DNA of 64,000 nt from assembly GCF_021869535.1 (NCBI RefSeq), contig NW_026262745.1, forward strand, positions 8,494,001 through 8,558,000. The letters are read 5' to 3'. The DNA is from Mytilus californianus. Its lineage: Eukaryota. The notes beneath the pieces were generated by a model, which saw nothing but the letters and a program-made list of their open reading frames with translations, made no database searches and was not told the DNA's origin. Below are positions 47,601 through 59,600 of the stretch, in pieces; the first letter of the stretch is position 1, and each line of letters starts with the position of its first letter. The position numbers and the translations under genes were made by a program.

Positions 47601-50600
47601 ACAGTAAAGAGTTAATTTATATGTTGCAAATCAAACTTGCAATTATGCTAAATATGAACAACCAGCATTGAATAAATAAGTGCTAATAAATTTTGGATGT
47701 TCTTCTTTCAACTCTGTTCCTTTTTTAATTGCCAGTAATTGTGCCCAAAAAACTTCAGCATTTATGTCCTTTGAATGCGGCTTTAATCTTTTTTTAGGAT
47801 TCCAACATCTTCAATCGTAGAATGAATTGCTGTAAACGTTATTGACACCAATGAGGACATAATAGCGCTAAAAGTTTTGAGACGTTCTTGTGTTTTAAAG
47901 TGGAAACGTTTTGGCGAAAAACAATTATCGGACACGTTTGGGGGATGTGAAATCAGACACGTTTGGGCGTTTTATGATTTTACGGACACGTTTGGGCGTT
48001 TTATGATTTTACGGACACGTTTGGGCGGATGGACACGTTTGGGAGTGTTACATATATAAATATATATCATATATGTATAATAGACAAGAATTTCTAATTA
48101 GACAAAACATTCAACTGACATTAATATGTAAAATAATCCTTAAAAGATTCTCAAAGGCATGGTTTGATTTTTTGTTCAGATTCCACTATTCATTTTTCTA
48201 TGATGTATTATACATAAATACATAACTTGTAAAAGAGACAACTAAGACAAAGATTGCTGAATTGCTGAGTTAGCAACAAGTCATATATATATATAGATTG
48301 ATGAGAACAAAATGTAATTCATGTGAGATTGAACAAAGAAGGGCAAAATACAAGTATAATTACCAAATCTGAAATTCTGCATCATGTTTCTCTTGTTGTG
48401 CTTGCATAACAATTGCAATAGCTGAAAAATCAAGTTTATATTAAAAAAAAAAAATTTTTAAATAGGAAATGGAATGTCTTGATTTATTAAATCATTGGGT
48501 AGCATTCTCATTTAAGCAATACATTTATTCATAAATAACATTACTTTGTACAGCTAATTAGTTACCTGACAGAAATTGACCCAAAAGCCAAATCCAACAA
48601 TGAATATATTCAATATACATTGAAAGTCAATATTTCTAACTCACTCCTATAAAGATATAAACTAAGAAAAAGTTCAGATCATTTTATATTTGAAATGGAT
48701 ATCTTGAAAATTTGGAACTGTTATCTTTTGTATACTGTAAATTCAGAAATTATTGCATGCATTTATTATTGTGAATTTTGAAGAATGGACAAAAATGCGA
48801 GTTTAATTATTGTGATTTCTTTGAAATCTGCATACAGTTATATGGATCCGATATCAGAATGCCAGTTTTTATTATTGCGATACTCGTTCAGTCACATTAT
48901 TCGCATTAAAAAACCTCACAATAATTTTTGAATTTACAGTAACCATCAATAAAGAGCTATAGAATCATATTGTTAACTTCCCAAACAATGATTTAGATAG
49001 ACAGCATCTTAATATCACACAAGTTGTACCACCTTTATATTTCAGGGGTTCAAATTAACATTTGGTACTGGAAGGTCCAGGACCGTTGACACTCCGAACT
49101 GAAAGGTCCACAACCCAAATCCCAGGTAATACTTTTACATGAATTATTTCATAACTCATTAAGATACAAAACGTATGTGCTTCTGGTGTTAGGTTAGATT
49201 GTTTCATCATATTTTAACTGCATGTAAAGTTTTTTTTAATGGAGAAGGTCCGATAAGGGCTAATTATGGACTAAAATTTGAAGTACATCTGATGAAATAT
49301 TTTTGTCATTTTTTATACAATTAAGTGTCTACTTCAGTCGATTCAATTAGTTTATGTTAAAGATTTTAACTGTTTTGGTCATCAAAGAGGCTCAAATTCA
49401 TGCTTAAATATGAAAAATCTATAATATATGCCATAAAATTTCACTTTTCAGATGGTTTTGTTCTAAAATGGAAGTGGCCGCATTCGTGTTCAGTCTTAAC
49501 ATTTATATATGTTATGTAATATCAATAAATACAACATATATCTAAATATTAAGACTGAACACAGCCACTTCCATTTTAGATAAAAACCGTCTTAAAATTA
49601 ACACAAATGCTAAAATTGTGAAGATTTCAGTAATTCTGCATGAAATAATGATGCTAGTACCTGATGCATGTCCATTGTACTGTCAAAAACAGCCCATATT
49701 TATATAACAAAAGAATTCTTACTTTCAAATAAAAAGCTAAAAGTTTACATTTTCAACAAATTTGTAAAACGCTGTATTTTGGGGCCAAAAAGGGGTCTTA
49801 CCGGACCTACTTCTTTACAAATATATTGCCAGGCAACCATATAGTACCAAACATATTAAGACTGAACACGGCCACTTCCATTTTAGATGAAAACCGTCAT
49901 CAAAATCTACCCACGGTCTTTTAATTTTTCAGTGGGGCTTAAATCAAATTTCCGTTCCCGTTCACGATCATTGTGTTGGTCTTTAGTGATGATTTTCATT
50001 TAATTTCTTTCATTATGTTGCCAAGGAAGACGTTAAAGACCGTTCATCATCTCGGGCTTTCTCTTGGAAGACGTATCACCAAAGCAAAACAGACTCATTT
50101 TGTTTTTCGCAAATGTCTAAATGATTTGTCACGTGATTTCTCGCAACTATTTATAACCTTGTGTTTCCAAGAAATACTAAGTTAAAAATAACTTTTATCA
50201 CTCGTTGGCAAGGTCAGGGATGAAACATTTTATTATCTCAATTTCAATAATAATATGGCTTTGAAATGACAATACTGATGGTTAAAAAGGTCGGCAAAAT
50301 TAATTTTTATTTATTTTGAGTTTCAAATCGAACAAATCGAAGGTCCGTCGGGCGTACCTAATAACCAAAACGAAAGTCCGATTGCAACAGTGGAAGGTCA
50401 CGGACCTTGGACCACCACTAATTTTAACCCCTGATATTTCCACTGCTCAATTGCTATTTTGCAGCACAAATAATTTATTTCATGCAATTTAAGGAAATAG
50501 TAAGTTTCCATCAGATTTTTCAGTAAACAAATGTTAATTTTTTTTTTTTCTTTGGTAAAAATTTTTGTGGATACCAGAAAGCCAGATGATTTAGGAAACA

Positions 50601-53600
50601 AATGTAATTTTTTTGGATTTCACTATTTCATAGATTTAACACATATTAGTTTTAAAGTCTATACACAATTTGTAATTTATTAAATACTAAAATTCTTGTT
50701 TCACCTTATCTCACAAATTCCATGAAAAATAGTACTGGAAAATCATAAATCCAGAATAGATAGTCATAATATTATGATTACCATCTTTAAGTTTCTGTAA
50801 CGGTCCTTTCAGCTGATCCTCTTGTCTATCTAACCTCAGTTTCTTTGCTCTCTTTAGTAATGTATCTTTGGTACAAGGTAGGAACCAGGCTAAATGTCCA
50901 AATATAACTGATCTCTGACTGCATGGTAACTGTCTTGTTGTCAGTTCAATTCTGTAAAAGATTTGTAAAAGCTGATAAATATTTGAATTTTTTTCTATTT
51001 TAGCGACGGTGAGTAATGGACCAAAATACAATATAAGTTATTATGACTTCAGGTAATACTCCATACAAAAAATACTATCAAAATCAGAAATGCAAGATTT
51101 TATTTTTGCAAAACAATCCTATTACAATTTTCCCAATAATAAAAACATCCCATAGTTTTCAGGCTGTTTTGTCATTGAATTTTAATCAAAATCAACTTTC
51201 ATCTATCAATCTATCAACATTTAGCACTTGTTTTCCTTAAAAAAATTATTCCTGTATTTTTCCCCCCTTTGAAACTTATTTCCAAGTTAGAAACAGATAG
51301 TACTCAAAGATTAACATTTTGAAGGTTTTATTTCGGTCTTTTATGCTGCCACCCTTTCCTAAGTTGGTTCCTGGGTTTGTCTTTCATCTCTTTCTATTAA
51401 AGATAGATTTTTTTAACCCAGTTGAAACAGTTTTTTTCATTTCATTTAACTTAACCTCCAAGGGATGTCTTGCTTTGTGTGTTATGTGATCAGTGTTTGT
51501 ACATTGGTATTTAAAAGACTGCTGAGGGTTTCAACTCCAAAAATGAATAACTGTTTTATTTACTTTCATTGATTGAAGAAAAAATTTATTTTTCATGGAT
51601 AATTGATTCTTTGGTTTTGCATACAAGTCTATCGAAAATTTGAACTTCATTGAACATTTAAATTTCTGATTAACCTACACAGTATCCTATATTTTTAACC
51701 ATCTTTCATAGAATACTTACTCTAACAACATTTCACTGACTTCTCCATTGAAAAACTTTCCTTTGCTAACATTAGAACACTTTGCAGTCTGGAAAATTAT
51801 ACAATTAATTCAGTTCATTTTTAGTTTATTACTTACAAACAAAATTTTATAAGACAGTTATGTATTATTGATGCTTGCATCATCATTTTTTGTTTAACCT
51901 AACTATTTTCCGACTCTCCATACATCTTTTTCTATTCAGCTCTATAAAATGGCAATCACTATTAATATGCATTAAAGTAAAACATAATAAATGGGGAATG
52001 TGTCCATTGGACACAGATGATGCCCCCGCTTGCATATCATAATAAAGTTATAAAGGACATAACTGAAGAACGGTAAAAGTGAAACTACACAAATTTGTAC
52101 TTGATCTGAGTTTTGTGGTAATAAGTATTATGTATAAGTTTCATAACATTTGGTTGGGGCAAACTTAAGTTAGAGAACGGAAACGAAAAATTCAGCTTTT
52201 TTCCATTTGTAAATGGGCATAACTCTAGAACAGTAAAAGTAACACCACCAAAATTCAAATTTGATCTGTATTTTGTGGTAATAAGCATTGTGAATAAGTT
52301 TCACTACGTTTGGTTGATGCTAACTAAAGTTAGAGAACAGAAACGAAAAAATTCAGCAATTTTTCAATTTGTAAACAGGCATAACTCTAGCACGGTTTTA
52401 GTGACACCACCCAAATTCATACTTGATCTGTATTTTGTGGTTATAAGCATTGTGTAAAAGTTTCATAACATTTGGTTGAGGCAAAATAAAGTTCGAGAAT
52501 GGAAACGACATTTGTAAAGGGGCATAACTCTAGAACAGTTGAAGTGACGCCCCCAAAATTCAAACTTGATCTGTGTTTTGTGGTAATAAGCATTGTGTAT
52601 AAGTTTCGTAACGTTTGGTTGAGGCAAACTAAAATTAGAGAAAGCAAACTAACTTTGGGACGTACAGACGGACGGACAAGGGTAAAACTTAATGCCCCCT
52701 CCACTACGGCGGGGGCATAACAAACCTTTTTAATTAAAATAATAGCATGCATCATTCATATAGTTTGCTACAACCAAAATTTTTTAGTAAGAATACATTG
52801 CTTTAATTCAAACACTTATTTTTGAATGATTCATGAATAGAATAAACTAAATAATATTTCGTTTTGCATATATGTACCTCTTTCAGTTTATCAATAATTT
52901 TGAGAAAATCTGGTTTGAGTCCGTCCGGTAACTTAGGTGCAGATTCTGGTTTTTTCTCTTCATTACCATCTTTACTGTTTGAGTCTGTCATACCAATCAC
53001 TGAATCAAACACGGCATCAAGCTTGTCACCTTTACTCATGGCTATTACAGAATCAATCACAGAGTCTATACCTTCGTCTTGTGACGATCCCTCCTGTGAT
53101 GACTGACTGTTAACATTGGGTGTTATTCTCCCGTTCATATTTGATTCTGGACCAGCAGTAGATTCTGTTTGTTGTTTTAGTAACTCGGCCACAGTTGGTG
53201 ACATTTTCTTTCTGTCAAAACAAGGCATAATTTATAATACAATCATTTATATCATGTATAAGTAGACTTAGTATAACCTTTCTGTTTCCTAGAAACCTCA
53301 AAGACTATTTTATTATAATCTAGTACTACCTTAGTCAGTTCATTAAATTGAGTCATTATATCAAACATGACCATACCAGAAGTTTGCTTGAGATCTATAA
53401 GATATGGTATTCAGGATCTTCACAGGAGATATGGGATCATACTCCATATCAAAATAAGAATTAATTCATGTAAGACATAGATTTGTTGGAAATTTTCACT
53501 TGGTCTTGGTCGCTATATTCAAATTTTATCCCGAGCAATTCCTCACACATAAATGTACATGTATCGTAACCTAAATGCAAACAATATGTCAATTTTTATC

Positions 53601-56600
53601 CCTAGCAGTAGCGAATAAATGAATATAGCAGTCCAGGCCATGTGAAAATGGTAGTTATATTACAATGTTAATACATCCTGAGCCTTCTGTTGTACTGTTT
53701 ATTTTATTTAATATTAACATGTTATTAAATAACCTTTTCACCTGAAGTCATTTCAATTTTTCTGATAACCTCTTCAATGCGAAAATGAATGATACAATAT
53801 ACAATAAATATAAACATTCTATTAAACATATGTCCTAATGAAACCTATTACAGATGACTTTTGTGATATATTTGTAACTTACTTGGATTTTTCAGGATTT
53901 GGCTTCTTTGGTTTTTTAAATTCTTTTCCTTCACCATTTAATAATTTCTTCTTTTTCTTTCCTCCTCCCTCAATATTATCTTTTATTTTTCTTTTCTAAA
54001 AACAATTGAAATCTTATTTAACTAGACAAGAAGAGGAATCCTTGGTCTACCAGTTCAAAATATTGGGAGACAAGTCAAATGTTTGATAGGAATACAATTG
54101 CTGTAGTGAAAATCATCAAAAATATTTAGATAACTAAGCTGTCAACAGACAGAAGCTCATCATTAGCATAACCAACATTATCAAAATCAATTCATCTGAA
54201 TCACCAAGGTTACATCCAAAATTTGACCTACACACTTTTGAAAATCTCCATTGAGGTGTACTGCCTGGCATTCTTTTGTAAGTCATAAACTGGTTTTATA
54301 ACATTTTCCATGACGAGCAATCTAACTTTAAACTATGATTATGAATGAATACATACTTTTATATTGGTTTCTTTCTTTTCCCCATCAGATTCAGAGTCAG
54401 ACTCTATTTTCTGCAATATTAAAGGATACTCAATAAATACACAATAAAGGATAGAATTTTGATTATTCCAAAAAGTACTTTTTCATCTAAGAAATTATTC
54501 TTTCATGCCATGCTCTAGGCTCACATTAATTAGGATAGGCATTATATTTGTCAATATCTTTATACCAAGTGTCGACCTATGTTAAAATGAACATAGAACA
54601 TGCCATGATAGAACTATTACGATTCTAATAGGAAAATACACAACATTTGTATTTCTAAGCAGACCTATTAGACACACTCAAAGGGCAGCCATTTTGATTT
54701 GATGGAGAAAAGCGTTCTAGCAAACAACCATTTCACCACTATTGCTTGAATAGATACATGTATACTTACCTTTAGAATTATTTTATTTAATTTTCGAAGA
54801 GAGTAAAGACAACAAAAATGTCTGTTTTGATCTCCTGTGTGTTAAAAATACAACTAACTTTGCAGTTTTAATTGTGACGTCACACACCTGCATCCCATGT
54901 TCTAATGGAATTACAACATTGCTTTGTTTATAATGAGCGTCATATTAGAAATCAGAATTCACTTGCTTGAATTTCCCCTACAAATTGTGAGGCAAAACAA
55001 AACTTTTCAAAAAGATAAATTTTTATGAGATACACTAATAAATTTTGTTAGCTTATATTCTGAAATTTATTAAATTTTTTTAGTTTATATTCTGAAATTT
55101 ATTAAATTTTGTTAGCTTATATTCTGAAATTTAATAAACTATGATCACATACATTATTTTAAACATATTTTTAAAATAATCCAATATAGACATTTTGACT
55201 ACTAACCCTTTTCTTCTTTTTCTTTTTCAGAGTTCCTAGTTTAAAGTCATCATCTGAGTCATCTGATAATTCTTTGAAATCTAATTTCCCACAGTTTATA
55301 TAAAATCCTCCAAGTTTTGTTGTTAAGCAGGCTGGTACGACTTCATCATACTAGACAAAATAGAAATGTGTTTAATGTCTCACTTGCCTTTCACTAAAAT
55401 CAAATTACAAATTTGTAATAGCAATTTGATGGAATGCTATATAACTGCATGTAATGATATCACTTCATAATTTTTGAGATCCTCATCAGATCAGAAACAT
55501 ATTTCAATTGAGAATGATTTGAACCTCAAAATGTTTTTGAAAATGTGATATATAGATAATTATGCATTAGGATTGGAAATATCATCATTTATAAGTTATT
55601 CCTCCTACTCTATTCAAATCCTAAACATTTGAAGAGCATAATAAAAATTACAGAAGAACAATCGGTGCATAAGTTAAATTGCAATTTGGAGTCCAGTGCC
55701 ATTAATGGGATGGTTTATTTCCCCTTCTTTAACTACTTACACATTTCCAAAGCATTTATTTTACCATTTTGTAAAGCTGCACATTTCTTAAACTTACAGC
55801 CTCAGAATTATCAATAAACTCATCATTTTCGTCATAACCATCACCAAGGTCAACATAATCTTGTATCCGTCCATGTTTCTTTTTCCATTTTGTGTTCTTT
55901 GGATTCTGAAAAATAAAAAATAAATTTATTTGTTACATGATTTTTAACTTGGTATACCATTATTGCTTAAAATGTACTTCTTTTTTGTAGTGATGATGTC
56001 TTATGCCACTGCTATATTTTACTTCTATCTATGCCTCTAAAGAATACTGCCATTTCAAATAAATTTTATGTTATCCCTTCATAACACCTTTAAGGAGTGT
56101 TGTATACGTTTTATTATTTTATTTATTTTATTTTTTTTTTTGGGGGGGGGGCTTATCTAGCTTCATGTAGCATGTGTAGTAGCTGGTTTTAGCTAGACAG
56201 GCAAATGGGTCATGTGTGCACATACAACTGGTTTAACAACCACTACAATGTGTGCCTGCTCCAAGTCAGACTACATGGAACATGTCTTAATTGTAGTTTT
56301 TCTCTTTTTTCAGCCTTTCATCATCACTTGCTAATTAATAGTGTACAGTAAAATGTTGGAAAGAATATACAAAATGGTGATGTCAATGAGTTAAAATAAA
56401 TGAAATGATCTTAAAATAAAGTTAAGTTTATCATGATGGGAGAATAACCATTTACATATTTTTCTTCAAACTTTTTTGCAATGGCAGCCATAGCTTCAAC
56501 GTCTTCATCTTCACCAAAAGGATCATCTCCATTTTCTGCTGGCTTCTTTTCACCCTGAAATACAATTTCAATGTAAAACAAGTGAAACTGCAACTACTGC

Positions 56601-59600
56601 TAACTGATGATACCCCCGCCCAAATATGGATAATTTTAATAGTGTAAAAATATGTAAGTGTTCCTCAGGAAGTTGTTGAGTGATGAATCTGAAAATGCAT
56701 CACACGGTATAGCTCACTCATATAAACCTTGAAACCAAATTTCAGAAATCCTTGTAATGTAGTACCTGAGAAAAAATGCAACGAAAAATATTCAAGGGAC
56801 GGATGGACAGATGGACGGACAGACCGAGGTAAAACAGTAAACCCCCCCTTTTTTTAAAGCGGAGGTATAATAAAGAATCATGATCTTTTCAAATTTGAGG
56901 GTTGCTTGGTCGTACTTTAAAATACACAATTTTTCAGCTGCATTATCAATATTCCAAGGTATCCTTGTTTGTCATTAACACATTAACCATTTATATTTGA
57001 ATGTTTGTGTATGTGTGTATTTTTGTAAAATTCACTTCCTGTTGCACACCAGTTTAACATGAAGCAGTGCTACCAAGGAAGAATTTTGATCACTTCTTTT
57101 TTGAACATGTTCAAAACAAAACATCCTCTTTTCCAATGACTTTTTTTTTTACATGTTCTGCAGCCTGCACAGGAAATATGGCTTTTGGCCTCAGCACATT
57201 TGAATTTTGCCAAACAGAAAAGACAGTCTTGATAAAGCTCATGATTTTTGGAAAAATTTGTGTACTATCAACTCAAATCATATCTTTATTTAACCTTAAC
57301 ATCCAGAATATGCCAGAAAGAAACATTTTTCCAAGTCAAAAAGAAAACAATTATTCTGAGATAACAACAAACAAGGCATTAATTTTATGTGGTCTTATTT
57401 GTCAAATATTCAAATTTAGTTATGGTGACTAAGCCATGATTGTATATCAAAGATTAGGGTCATCAACATAATTCTTCAGTAAGTTCATGAATGTATCCTT
57501 TTTTCAAATACTGGAAAAATCTGCAAGCACCATGGGTACATTAGATGAGTTGTGATCTTTATAGATTTGTAGTAAAAGAAATGCATTTTTAGGTTCATGT
57601 ATACTAATTATTTTGGTGGGGGGTTCAGAGATCAAGACTCAGGACATTATAAACTTGTTTAATCAATGTCTCTGTTAGGACGGGAAAAAATCATCAAAAC
57701 TAGGACACAAAACTGTTTTTTTTTAATTCCACTAACATTCCACACTTGGTGAATTATCTTCTTTAACCTTATTATCTCATTATTAGAATTTTGTGGGGAA
57801 ACCTTTGACATGTGTTGAGACAGACCTAAATATTGATTCTATGATCCCAGGTAGCATGCACTGTGACAGATATTTTTGTAACAAATTCTAAATGATAATG
57901 TGTCAGTCACGACATCTAGACCAAAATCAATAATAAATATTTTACAGATGTGACCCTTGACAAGAATTTCTTCCAAATTTTTGCAAGTAAATAAAATATT
58001 TTTGGATGATATGATGAGACAGCAACCCAGCATAACAAAATTTGATTGATATCAAGAGGTCAACATATGGTCTTACATTTGTAAGTGACAATATGTCAAG
58101 CTTTAAAATGTGCTGAGTATAGAAAAATTGTGAATAAATTAACACTATGAAAGATAACTGCTAATTCCAACCTATTCAAGGACCTGCTTATACTGTTAAA
58201 TGCCAAGGAAATTTACAAGTTTTCTGGTTTATACTGTTAAATGCCAAGGAAATTTACAAGTTTTCTGTTTTATACTGTTAAATGTCAAGGAAATTTACAA
58301 GTTTTCTGTTTTATACTGTTAAATGCCAAGGAAATTTCCAAGTTTTCTGGTTTATACTGTTAAATGCCAAGGAAATTTACAAGTTTTCTGGTTTATACTG
58401 TTAAATGCCAAGGGAATTTACAAGTTTTCTGTTTTATACTGTTAAATGCCAAGGGAATTTACAAGTTTTCTGGTTTATACTGTTAAATGCCAAGGAAATT
58501 TACAAGTTTTCTGGTTTATACTGTTAAATGCCAAGGAAATTTACAAGTTTTCTGTTTTATACTGTTAAATGCCAAGGGAATTTACAAGTTTTCTGTTTTA
58601 TACTGTTAAATGCCAAGGGAATTTACAAGTTTTCTGGTTTATACTGTTAAATGCCAAGGAAATTTACAAGTTTTCTGGTTTATACTGTTAAATGCCAAGG
58701 AAATTTACAAGTTTTCTGTTTTATACTGTTAAATGCCAAGGGAAAGTTATGATGCTGGGACTAGATGTGATCGTTTTTATACCATTTCTTTTTTTTTTTT
58801 TTAGAAACATTTGTAAACCTATTTTTCTAAACAATGAAAAAAGGTGCAACAATTTCTATTTTTCATGCTTCTCTACAGTACAGTACATATTATTGATATC
58901 AAGAGATGGAAGATCTTCCAAATTACAGACAGAATGACATTGTGTTTGATTTATCTAAAATTCACATCTTGACACATATTTACAAATCAGAAATGTGGCA
59001 TTCAAGTTTGTATCAACTGAAAATTTCTCTTATATATATATACATGGTATATAAAAGAATTGATTCCTAAATGATGCCCCCGCTTGTAAATATACGGCAA
59101 TTCATAAATTTTCTATTTATAAAGGGACACAACTTGACAACGGTGAAAGTGACGCCACCCATATTTAAAACTGATCTGTGTTTGTTGAAAATACACATTG
59201 TGTATAAGTTTCATAACATTTGGTTGAGGCAATCTAAAGTAAGAGTGCGGAAACGACAAATTTAGCAATTTTTCCATTCATTAAAGGGACATAACTGGAG
59301 AATGGTGAGTCAGACACCACCCAAATTCATACTAGATCTGGTGTTTGGTGGTAATACAAATGTAAGCATTGTGTATAAATTTCATAACTAAAGTTAGAAA
59401 ACAGAACTAATTTTGGGACGTACAAAAATGTATGGTCAGACATGGGTAAAACTGAATGCCCCCTCCACCGCAGCAAGAGCATAAAAAGTTGAAATTTGTT
59501 CTGTAAGTCATCATTATACACAATTGTACCAAAAAGCAAATACGATATCTACAGGCATAAGGAAAATAGCCTGGACCAACTTCTTCATTTCAAAAGAACA

